Part shown: piece by piece, positions 36,380 to 44,551 of the stretch
How positions within the stretch are numbered: the stretch's first letter is position 1
Layout of the letters: every line of letters starts with the position of its first letter
Source of the DNA: Candidatus Micrarchaeia archaeon
GTDB lineage: Archaea > Micrarchaeota > Micrarchaeia > Norongarragalinales > UBA8480
DNA length: 53,696 nucleotides
Assembly: GCA_039794045.1 (NCBI GenBank)
Contig: JBAMLY010000015.1
Coordinates: 6,404-60,099, forward strand
Reading direction: 5' to 3'
The notes under the pieces: generated by a model
Databases searched by the model: none
What the model saw: only the letters and a program-made list of their open reading frames with translations
Told to the model about the DNA's origin: nothing
Made by a program: the position numbers and the translations under genes

Positions 36380-38806
36380 ATGCAGACCACGCGCGCCTTC
36401 CTATTAGGCGTGGACTACCACTCGCGCTCGGGAAAGTCGGCAATACGCTTGTACTTAAAAAACGCGGAAACAAACGAGGCACTCCGCTTGTATGACTTTA
36501 ACTTTGAGCCCTACTACTATCACTTGCCGCGCGAGCCCCTCTCCCTCGACGAAGCAGCCGAAAAAATTTCTCGGCTCACTGCCTCAGACCGCCGCACTGC
36601 CTTCAAAGCCAAGCGCGTTGAAACCACGACTAAGATCGTCCAAGGCAAGCAAATCAAGCTCCTCAAAATCTTTGCAGAGCACCCAACGCAAGTTCCTGCT
36701 CTCCACCAGCTTACCAAGAAGCTCGGCACTGACTTCGAGCACAGAATCGCTTGGGTCAAACGCTACCTCATAGACAAAAGCCTTTCCCCCTGCGGCTTAG
36801 TAGAATGCGTTCACGAAGGCGAACAACTGCACTCTATAAAGCCCCTCACAAGCGACGAGCAACCACAATTGAATGCCCTCGCCTTCGACATCGAAACATA
36901 CAACCCGTCCGGCGTACCCAACCCCGCCAAAGACCCAATGATAATGCTTTCGTGGGCCACGCGAGACCACGAACTGCAAGCGAGAGTGCTGACGTTCAAG
37001 CCAATAAGCAAGCCCTTCATAGTCTGCTTGGACAACGAGAAAAGCGTCATCGAAAACTTTTGCTCGCTCTTGCGCAGGAAACGCGTTGACTTGCTTTGCG
37101 GCTACAACAGCGACGTCTTCGACTTGCCTTACTTGGCGGAACGCGCCAAGAAACTCAAGGCAAGGTTTTGGCCTGGCCGCACGCGCAACCCCCCGCGCAC
37201 GCGCCAGCACGGCCTCCGCGCCGCGACGAGCGTGGACGGCCGCATTCACTTCGACGTCTTCTCAGCCGTAAGCTTCCTTGACGCCGTCGGCGCAGTAAAA
37301 CTACCGCGCTTGAACCTCGAAACCGCTTACGCTGAAATACTCGGCAAGAAAAAGCCTTCAGTGAAAAAATTCGAGATCCACAAAGCATGGGACGCTGGCG
37401 GCGAGGAACTGGAATACCTTGCAGAGTACAGCCTCGGCGACGCCATCGCGTGCCTCGAACTCGCCGAATACGTTTTGCCCCTCGAAATACAGTTGTCTCG
37501 TTTGAGCGGCGAAACCTTGTTTGACGCCTCGCGCAGCAGCGCCAGCCAGCTCGTGGAAAGCCTGTTGATGCGGCAAGCCTTCCAGCGCGGCGAAATAATT
37601 CCCAACAAGCCAACAGAAACAGAGGCCACTGCAAGAGCTTCAAATCCAGTGGAAGGAGCTTTCGTGAAAACCCCGGAGCCGGGAATCTACGAGAACATCG
37701 CCGTGCTTGACTACAAGTCATTGTATCCCTCAATAATCATTTCCCACAACATAGATCCTTCCACGCTAGACTGCGACTGCTGCGCTCCAAGCGAACAAAG
37801 AGTTTCCCCGCAAGGACACAAGTTTTGCGCGAAAAAACGCGGCTTAATTCCGTCCATGCTCGTCACGCTATTGGACGCCCGCGCTCGCGTCAAAAAAGAA
37901 ATGAAGAATCACTCGCCAGACTCCCCGGAATACAAGGCTTTGAACGCGCGCCAGACCGCCCTCAAAATATTGGCGAACGCGACTTACGGCTACCTTGGCT
38001 ACGCCCGCTCTCGATGGTACTCACGCGAGTGCGCGGAAAGCACTACTGCGTGGGCGCGCCACTACATTCACGAGACGATAAGCGAAGCAGAAAAAAATGG
38101 ATTCAAAGTCATTTACGCGGACACCGACAGCTGCTTCCTGCAATACGAAAAAGGAAGAGAAGAACGCGTCGAGGAATTCAGGCGGCACGTGAACTCTCTC
38201 TTGCCCGAGCACATGGAACTAGAACTTGAAGACTACTACCCGCGAGGAATATTCGTTGCAAAAAAGCAAGGAGAAAAAGGCGCGAAGAAAAAGTACGCGC
38301 TCATAAGCCGCGAGGGACGCATCAAAATAAGAGGCTTCGAACTCGTGCGCAGAGACTGGAGCAGGATTGCCAGACACACGCAAAGACAAGTCCTGGAAAT
38401 ACTGTTACGCGAAGGAGACGTCGCGAAAGCCAAGCAAGTGGTTAGAAAGGCAATCCAGGAACTCCGGGAAGGAAAAACGCCTTTAGAGGACTGCGTAATG
38501 CTCGCGCAATTGCGCAAGAAAGTCAAGGCATACGAGGTAATGAGCCCCGAAATCGCGGCGTTCCTGAAAGCAAAGCGCGCTGGACTGCACTACGACGAGT
38601 ACTCAGTCATTCCCTTCATTATCACCAAGAACGGAAAAAGCATTTCAGACAAAGCCCAGCCAGTAGAACTCGCCAAAGACTACGACGCGGACTACTACGT
38701 GAACAACCAAGTCCTTCCAGCCGTATTAAAAATACTTGGCGCGCTCAACATTGACGCTGACGAGCTCGCCACCGGCGGAAAACAAAAAAGCTTGGGCGAG
38801 TGGTAG
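36380..38806 (+). CDS. polB: Family B DNA polymerase (archaeal PolB3-like)
   Basis: ExoI FDIETY, ExoII GYNSDVFDLPYL, ExoIII YSLGD; Pol motifs DYKSLYPSII, KILANATYGY and YADTDS; C-terminal PIP box QKSLGEW. No intein. Confidence 0.97.
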   Translation: MQTTRAFLLGVDYHSRSGKSAIRLYLKNAETNEALRLYDFNFEPYYYHLPREPLSLDEAAEKISRLTASDRRTAFKAKRVETTTKIVQGKQIKLLKIFAEHPTQVPALHQLTKKLGTDFEHRIAWVKRYLIDKSLSPCGLVECVHEGEQLHSIKPLTSDEQPQLNALAFDIETYNPSGVPNPAKDPMIMLSWATRDHELQARVLTFKPISKPFIVCLDNEKSVIENFCSLLRRKRVDLLCGYNSDVFDLPYLAERAKKLKARFWPGRTRNPPRTRQHGLRAATSVDGRIHFDVFSAVSFLDAVGAVKLPRLNLETAYAEILGKKKPSVKKFEIHKAWDAGGEELEYLAEYSLGDAIACLELAEYVLPLEIQLSRLSGETLFDASRSSASQLVESLLMRQAFQRGEIIPNKPTETEATARASNPVEGAFVKTPEPGIYENIAVLDYKSLYPSIIISHNIDPSTLDCDCCAPSEQRVSPQGHKFCAKKRGLIPSMLVTLLDARARVKKEMKNHSPDSPEYKALNARQTALKILANATYGYLGYARSRWYSRECAESTTAWARHYIHETISEAEKNGFKVIYADTDSCFLQYEKGREERVEEFRRHVNSLLPEHMELELEDYYPRGIFVAKKQGEKGAKKKYALISREGRIKIRGFELVRRDWSRIARHTQRQVLEILLREGDVAKAKQVVRKAIQELREGKTPLEDCVMLAQLRKKVKAYEVMSPEIAAFLKAKRAGLHYDEYSVIPFIITKNGKSISDKAQPVELAKDYDADYYVNNQVLPAVLKILGALNIDADELATGGKQKSLGEW

Positions 38807-38813
38807 TGATGAA

Positions 38814-39719
38814 ATGGAAAAAGAAGTGTTAGACAATTACTTGAAATCGGCAAAAATAATGAAGCAGGTGCTGGAGTTCGCGCGCTCCCAAGCAAAGCCA
38901 GGCGCTTCATTCCTTCAACTCGCCGAAAAAATAGAGGCCAAGATAGTAGAGTTAGGAGGGCAACCCGCGTTTCCAGTCAACTTGTCCAGGAACGCTGAAG
39001 CCGCGCACTACACTCCCTTCGTGGGAGACGTTTCCTTCGCAGGAGAAAAAGACGTCCTCAAAATAGACGTGGGCGTTCACGTGGACGGCTACATCGTTGA
39101 CGCTGCCTTCACTGTCGACTTCAGCGGCGAAAACGCGGACTTAGTGGAAGCCACGCAAGCCGCCTTGAACGCCGCCATTGAAAGAGTACACGCTGGAGCA
39201 AGCGTTCGCGAAATAGGAAGAGAAATAGCGCTTGAAATACGCCGCCGCGGATTCGAGCCAATACAAAACCTTGCCGGGCACTCGCTAGAACAATATGTTT
39301 TGCACGCTGGAGAAGAAATTCCGAACGTGGAACAAGGAGACTACGTCCTCCGCGAAGGCGACGTTTTCGCCATAGAACCCTTTGCCACCACAGGCAAAGG
39401 CCGCGTTATCGACACTGAGTTCCTCGAAATATATTCAATAGAAGAACCAAAGAAAGTTCGCTTGCCTGCCAGCCGCGCGCTACTCGAAGCAGCAAGCAAA
39501 TACGAATTGCTTCCCTTTGCTACGAGGTGGTTCGCCAAAGAATTTGATGTGCAAAGCCCCTCCTTCAAGCTCGCCCTCGCCGACTTAACGCGCCAGAAAG
39601 TGTTCCACCCCTACCACGGCCTCCGCGAGGCAAGCGGCGGCCTCGTCTCTCAAGCAGAAACCACAGTGATAGTCCAAGAAAACGACTGCAAGCCACTCAC
39701 CCCACCCTTATCTTTGTAA
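38814..39719 (+). CDS. map: Methionine aminopeptidase type II
   Basis: AAHYTP, KIDVGVHVDGYIVD, GHSL, AIEPFAT and SQAE, plus the type II helical insert. ATG 38814. Confidence 0.95.
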   Translation: MEKEVLDNYLKSAKIMKQVLEFARSQAKPGASFLQLAEKIEAKIVELGGQPAFPVNLSRNAEAAHYTPFVGDVSFAGEKDVLKIDVGVHVDGYIVDAAFTVDFSGENADLVEATQAALNAAIERVHAGASVREIGREIALEIRRRGFEPIQNLAGHSLEQYVLHAGEEIPNVEQGDYVLREGDVFAIEPFATTGKGRVIDTEFLEIYSIEEPKKVRLPASRALLEAASKYELLPFATRWFAKEFDVQSPSFKLALADLTRQKVFHPYHGLREASGGLVSQAETTVIVQENDCKPLTPPLSL

Positions 39720-39790
39720 CTACTCACTAGTGCATACTTTTAAATAGTGGTTTTTTCTTAATTATTGAGTGGCGCAACGGCGCAAGGTGG

Positions 39791-42121
39791 ATGGAATTGA
39801 GTAGCTTCAAAAAATCTTCATTCGTAGTGCTCGCAACAGCGCTTTTCCTCTTCTTAGCTTTAAGTGCCTCTGCGGCTTCTTTTTCTAACGCTTTAAGCGG
39901 CAAAGGCTTGACTTCAATAAAGCTCTACTACTCAATTTCCCCAAGCAACTACTCTGCTGAAGTTGGGGAAACAGTAGAGTACAAGGTTTTCTTGAACGAC
40001 GAAGAAATCACTGACCAATTCTATTGGAGCGTTTCCGCACCTTCCGGCGCAGCCGCACTGCAAGCGCCAGCCAAAGTGCAAGCAAAAACCCCTGGCCAAG
40101 CAATAGTGCGCGCTTTCAACGACTCTTTGAATGTGTCACTCGAAGCAAACCTCTCGGTTTCCTACGGCAACGTCTCTCGCGTTGAAGTCTCGCCGGCAAC
40201 CCTTTCAGTGAAAGGCTGCACTAACACCCAACTTAACGCTTCTGCATTCAACTCGCACGGCGCCCTAATACCAGCGCCAATAAATTGGAGCACCTCAAAC
40301 TCCTCGATCGCTGAAATAATTTCTTCAAACGATTCGGCGGCGACTGTGCGCGGCAAGCTCGCCGGCTCTGCAACGGTGCGCGCCGCCAACCCAGCTTCTG
40401 GTGCTTTTGCTGAAGCGCAAGTAAAAGTAGTGCCCGGAGACTATGCTGCCCTCGAAGTAGTCGCCCCCCAAGAAGCAAGAGCAGGAACTCAAGTCAAGTT
40501 GAGTGCCTTCCTGCGCGACGCCTGCGGCAATCCCGCATTGATCTTGCCAGGCAGCATCGTAAACTGGAGTTCCACTCCAAACGCTAACATTTCAAGCGAC
40601 GGAAACTTTTCCGCGCAAGCCACCAAAAACTATTCCTTGAAGGGAGAGTACAAGGGATTTACTGGAAGCAAGTCAATCAAAATCGTGCTCGGCCAACTCA
40701 AAACAATAACGGTTACCGACTCCGAGGGAGAGTCTTACTTCAACGCTTCAGTGGACTCACCCAAACAACTTGTCGTTGAAGCACAAGACGTTTACGGCAA
40801 CAAGCAAACCCCGTTCGACGACTTCTGGGGAACCGAGTTGTCCGAAAACGCGGTCATCTCAACGCAGAGCGCGGGCGGAAGCGGACGCATCGACGACTCC
40901 CTCAACTTCTACGGACAAAAAAACGGCTTAGTGAAGATCGTCGTTGAAGCAGAAGGACTTTCAGCGCAGGCGACCGCCAACGTCGTGGGGCACGGCGCCG
41001 CTGCAGCCATCGAGTTAAGCGCGCCCAAAACAGTCGTGACGACCGGAGAAGGAATCCAAATAAACGCGTCAGTGAAAGACGCTTACGGCAACTCAGTTCC
41101 CGCAGAGAACAGCGTCGAGTGGAGCGTTTACAGCGGAAGCGGCTCAATAAACTCGACTGGCTACTTTGTTTCCACCGTGCCAGGCGACTGCCAAGTGCGC
41201 GCCGCCGTAGGCAATACTTACTCGCTCATAACCATTCGCGTTGGCGTCGGGCCAGCCCACCACTTGATTCCCTCTATCGACTCGCTTGAAGCGTCCGCCG
41301 GAGTCTACTACAAAATAAGAGTTAAAGTCGTTGACGCTTACGACAACGAAATTTCTTTGCCCAACACTCAATACAATTACTTTGTGCAAAACATTACTGG
41401 CACGGGCGAGACAATAAACGACTACTTCATCGGCTACCAAGCCGGAACCGTTAAAATCGTGGTTCAAGACAAGACGAACGCCAACCTTTCAGGCGAAGCC
41501 CAAGTAACCGTAGTGCCTGGACTCCCCCAATTAATTGAAATCCGCTCCGATAACGGCTTGTACAAGCTACGCGAAGGAGAAACCCTTCAATTACTCGTTT
41601 ACGTCGAAGACGCTTACGGCAACGAAATACCGCAAAACAGGTTGCTCAACCCCTCCTGGCAAGTGTCAAGCGAGGGCGGACAAGCAAGAATTGACTCCAA
41701 CGGGTTACTTGAAGCAATCGCGCCAGGAAGAGTGCGCGTCACTTTCTCATTGCCTTACGCTTCAAAGAACGCTTCCCAGCAATTCAACGTAATCGCTCGA
41801 CAACAAACTTTTTCGCAGTCTTTCCCCGCAGGCAACTACGGAGCCAAACCCTACTCTAACTCTTCAACCGCGTTAATCACGACAGGCGGAGAAAAACACC
41901 AACCGCAAGCCACCAGCGCCGCGTCCGCTGCAGCCTCCACCGCAAGCGGCTTCTTCACCCTCGCTGCCTCCAATCCAGCTTCACTCGTTTGGCTCGCCTT
42001 GCTCGCAATCTTCCTCGCCGCAGTATTCGTTTTCGTGCGCAGCAGGGTTTACGCGAAAGCAGGAGAAGAACGAGAACCACTAGACAGCCAGCAAGACTTG
42101 CGGCGCTACCTCTTAAGCTGA
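39791..42121 (+). CDS. Invasin/intimin-like (Big_1/Big_2) Ig-repeat surface protein with a C-terminal TM anchor
   Basis: Signal peptide; VEVSPATLSV...INWSTSNSSIA (Big_2-like); repeated VxDAYGN/DN motifs; S/T/A linker, ASGFF and a C-terminal TM helix. Confidence 0.8.
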   Translation: MELSSFKKSSFVVLATALFLFLALSASAASFSNALSGKGLTSIKLYYSISPSNYSAEVGETVEYKVFLNDEEITDQFYWSVSAPSGAAALQAPAKVQAKTPGQAIVRAFNDSLNVSLEANLSVSYGNVSRVEVSPATLSVKGCTNTQLNASAFNSHGALIPAPINWSTSNSSIAEIISSNDSAATVRGKLAGSATVRAANPASGAFAEAQVKVVPGDYAALEVVAPQEARAGTQVKLSAFLRDACGNPALILPGSIVNWSSTPNANISSDGNFSAQATKNYSLKGEYKGFTGSKSIKIVLGQLKTITVTDSEGESYFNASVDSPKQLVVEAQDVYGNKQTPFDDFWGTELSENAVISTQSAGGSGRIDDSLNFYGQKNGLVKIVVEAEGLSAQATANVVGHGAAAAIELSAPKTVVTTGEGIQINASVKDAYGNSVPAENSVEWSVYSGSGSINSTGYFVSTVPGDCQVRAAVGNTYSLITIRVGVGPAHHLIPSIDSLEASAGVYYKIRVKVVDAYDNEISLPNTQYNYFVQNITGTGETINDYFIGYQAGTVKIVVQDKTNANLSGEAQVTVVPGLPQLIEIRSDNGLYKLREGETLQLLVYVEDAYGNEIPQNRLLNPSWQVSSEGGQARIDSNGLLEAIAPGRVRVTFSLPYASKNASQQFNVIARQQTFSQSFPAGNYGAKPYSNSSTALITTGGEKHQPQATSAASAAASTASGFFTLAASNPASLVWLALLAIFLAAVFVFVRSRVYAKAGEEREPLDSQQDLRRYLLS

Positions 42122-42155
42122 AACTTTTAAAAGCAGAGCCCCACTAAAACAACGC

Positions 42156-43301
42156 ATGCAAAACAAGAATGCCTTGCCTAATTACTTGCAGTCCCAGCCC
42201 CGCCCAATAGGCGGCGGCAAGAAAGTGCGGTTGGACTTCAGCGTCGACTTGGAACTAGACGAACTCTTCAAGAGCCGCTTGCTCTTCCTCGTCGTCGCCC
42301 TCGTCCTCCTCGCCCTCTCGGCACTCATGTTCGCGCGCACCGGCTTCAGCTTCAACGACTTGTTTGACTTCAGCCGAGTTCAGTACTCCCTAGAAAAAAT
42401 AGCTAGCATTTCAGTAATGCTTTACGTCTTGTTGTTTGCGTTGTCGCTCGCTTGCGCGGCTTACTATGGCTTCGGAATAAAAAAGTGGCAGTCACTCTTA
42501 ATGCTTCCAGTTTCCCTCCTCGTTGCAGGAGTTTTTTCGCTGCTCTTCCCACCATTCTGGCCCGCTTTCACTGCAATGGCTCTCGCGACAGCGGCAGCCT
42601 CTTTCTTTGGTTCCTTCGCTCGCGAGCCCACCTACACTTACGCTTCTGCCGCAGTAAGCCGCGCCCTCTTCGTCTTCCTAATAGCCGCAGCGCTCTTTAC
42701 TTTCTCGATCGTCAGCGCCCAAAAAGAAGAGCGCTTCAACCAATTCGTGGACGGCGCCATAGCTCTAGTGCCGCAAGCCACGCAAGAGTTGAGTTCAACG
42801 CTTTCAAGCACGTTCCTTCAAGCCGTGAACTTAGACGAAGAAACAGTCAAAAAAATATTCACGAAAGAACAACTAAAGCCAATCGTTGCAGAACAATACG
42901 ATTTATCTCGCAACACCACTATTGGCTTGCTTAAAGGCTTCATAGCAGAAGACACGTTAAACTCGAGCCTCCCAGTTTTTTCTGCTCTGCCGGCAAGCAA
43001 GCAAGACGAAATACTCCAACAATACTATGACTCGCTCGCAAAACAAATTACTGCAAGCTCCCAGCAACTAAAACAGCAACTCGCAGCCCAACTAAGCGCG
43101 AACACCAACCAGACTTCCACTGCCTTGTCAGCCTCGCTAGTGAAACAACAACTACTGCAAACAGAGCAAGGCAAGCTCGCCTACATATTTTTCTCCTTCA
43201 TTGTCACGCTCGCGGTAATAGCTGTGGTATCCTTCTTGAACTTCTTCGTGCGCGTCATCGCGTCCTTCTTCGCGTGGGCGCTCTACAAACTACAACCCTG
43301 A
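42156..43301 (+). CDS. Polytopic membrane protein of unknown function
   Basis: About six TM helices, then a Q/K-rich helical domain and a final TM helix. Confidence 0.75.
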   Translation: MQNKNALPNYLQSQPRPIGGGKKVRLDFSVDLELDELFKSRLLFLVVALVLLALSALMFARTGFSFNDLFDFSRVQYSLEKIASISVMLYVLLFALSLACAAYYGFGIKKWQSLLMLPVSLLVAGVFSLLFPPFWPAFTAMALATAAASFFGSFAREPTYTYASAAVSRALFVFLIAAALFTFSIVSAQKEERFNQFVDGAIALVPQATQELSSTLSSTFLQAVNLDEETVKKIFTKEQLKPIVAEQYDLSRNTTIGLLKGFIAEDTLNSSLPVFSALPASKQDEILQQYYDSLAKQITASSQQLKQQLAAQLSANTNQTSTALSASLVKQQLLQTEQGKLAYIFFSFIVTLAVIAVVSFLNFFVRVIASFFAWALYKLQP

Positions 43302-43375
43302 CGTTCACCGCACGCCTTCCTCTAACGCTCGCTGGAAAGAAAACCGTTTTATTGCAGTAACCATTTTATTATTTC

Positions 43376-43611
43376 GGGTCTTTAGCTCAGCCTGGCAACT
43401 CTTTTGCTGCGGCGCTCCTTGCGCGTTGGGAGGCCTCGCCTCCTCGCGAGAGCGTTAACGGAAAAAGGGTTGGGTAAATAGAGCAGCGGGCTTCGGACGC
43501 GCGCAATTCAACGAGAAACGCGAGCGGAAGAAACCCGAAGGCCGGGGGTTCGAAGACAGCCTCTTTTTTTCTCTTTTTGAGAAAAAGCTGTGGAAAGTCC
43601 CCCAAGACCCG
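43376..43611 (+). tRNA. trnR-TCG: tRNA-Arg(TCG) with three introns: 43396-43477 (19/20), 43497-43532 (37/38), 43555-43597 (59/60)
   Basis: Acceptor GGGTCTT/AAGACCC, D stem GCTC/GAGC, loop CT-TCG-G|A, T arm GGGGG-TTCGAA|T-CCCCC, discriminator G. BHB central helices are GCCT/GGGT, CTTC/GAAG and a relaxed TTCG/GGAA. Confidence 0.9.
43542..43604 (+). repeat. 63-nt direct repeat, copy 1 (T arm plus 59/60 intron), identical to 44432-44494
   Basis: Base-by-base comparison of the two copies. Confidence 0.95.
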
Positions 43612-43634
43612 CTTTTTAATTTGTTGGCGCCCTA

Positions 43635-44270
43635 ATGTTGTTCGTGATTGAACGCGCGCGAGAACTAGAGAAAGCGCTCAAGAAGTCTGGCGGGCGCGCC
43701 GTAATACTAGTGCACCCATTGTTCCATGAATACCACGCGACTTACTACTTGAAGAAAGGAAAGCTCGCCAACCCCGTTCTGACAGAAAAGGGGCGAGACT
43801 ACCTCGAAAAACAAGCCCTCGTCTACGAAAAAACTCGTTTGCCAGTCATAATCTTTGAAGAGGAAGCAAACGCGGCCGAAACCAAGAAAAAGTTTTCCAA
43901 GGCGTTCGTCGTTCCAACCAAGCCCGCAAGCCCCCAGCCAACAAAGGGATGGAAAGTAATTGATTACTTGAAGCGAAAAGGCTTGAAGACTGCCTTGCTT
44001 GGCGGACAAAAAATGGTTTCAGGAAACCAACAAGAACTCATCCGCAAGTGGTATAGGTGGACTTGGAAGTTCGAGGAAACAATGTTTCTCGCGAAAAACT
44101 TGCCTGGCTGGAATCGCGCCAAAGAATTCGCTTACGACGGGTGCGTCTCGCAAGCTGCTTACAACTTGATGCGCAAAAAAATACGCGTGGGCTTAATGAC
44201 TCGCGTGGTCTATCCAAACGCCCCCGTCCTAAAAAAAGCCAGACCGCAAGCAAGAAACGCGCGCATTTAA
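43635..44270 (+). CDS. Isochorismatase/cysteine-hydrolase-like fold protein, paralog A
   Basis: RAVILVHPLF, PVIIFEE, LKRKGLKTALLGG and GCVSQAAYNL...VGLM follow the cysteine-hydrolase topology. The usual catalytic Asp position appears to be His. Confidence 0.6.
   Translation: MLFVIERARELEKALKKSGGRAVILVHPLFHEYHATYYLKKGKLANPVLTEKGRDYLEKQALVYEKTRLPVIIFEEEANAAETKKKFSKAFVVPTKPASPQPTKGWKVIDYLKRKGLKTALLGGQKMVSGNQQELIRKWYRWTWKFEETMFLAKNLPGWNRAKEFAYDGCVSQAAYNLMRKKIRVGLMTRVVYPNAPVLKKARPQARNARI
43683..43717 (+). repeat. 35-nt direct repeat, copy 1, identical to 44591-44625
   Basis: AAGTCTGGCGGGCGCGCCGTAATACTAGTGCACCC occurs in both paralogous ORFs. Confidence 0.95.
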
Positions 44271-44296
44271 TTACTCGAAAAACCAATTTCCTTTGC

Positions 44297-44501
44297 GGAC
44301 CCTTAGCTCAGTCTGGATAGAGCAGCGGGTTCCGAATACCTGCGCTCTTTTTGCTCCGCGCTCGCGCTTGGCGTGCTCGCCGCGAAAAGCGCTGGCGGAA
44401 GAGCGAGAGTCGAGTGGGAGACACCCGAAGACCGGGGGTTCGAAGACAGCCTCTTTTTTTCTCTTTTTGAGAAAAAGCTGTGGAAAGTCCCCCAGGGTCC
44501 G
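44297..44501 (+). tRNA. trnR-CCG: tRNA-Arg(CCG) with two introns: 44336-44422 (37/38) and 44445-44487 (59/60)
   Basis: Acceptor GGACCCT/AGGGTCC, intact D loop AGTCTGGATA, loop TT-CCG-A|A, BHB central helix TTCC/GGAG. The T-loop intron is identical to that of tRNA-Arg(TCG). Confidence 0.9.
44432..44494 (+). repeat. 63-nt direct repeat, copy 2
   Basis: Identical to 43542-43604. Confidence 0.95.
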
Positions 44502-44551
44502 CTCTTTTTTTTTCGCTTGGTTTTAAAACCGTTTAACGCCATAATTTTTTC

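Noticed and set aside
36380-36780. Loss of the PolB uracil-binding pocket, or an intein
   Set aside because: Residues equivalent to Tyr7, Val93 and Glu111 appear to be kept (DYH, HPTQVP, FEH), and the length and motif spacing leave no room for an intein.
43486-43534. Reading the first tRNA as tRNA-Pro(CGG)
   Set aside because: That register breaks the D-stem and position-26 spacing and gives A37. The TCG register gives a perfect CTTC/GAAG BHB helix and an Arg-type G discriminator.
43396-44487. C/D-box guide RNA inside the tRNA introns
   Set aside because: No RTGATGA or CTGA boxes were found in any of the five introns.
43542-44494. attL/attR of an element integrated at a tRNA 3' end
   Set aside because: Both copies belong to complete tRNAs with different, fully paired acceptor stems, and no integrase is present.
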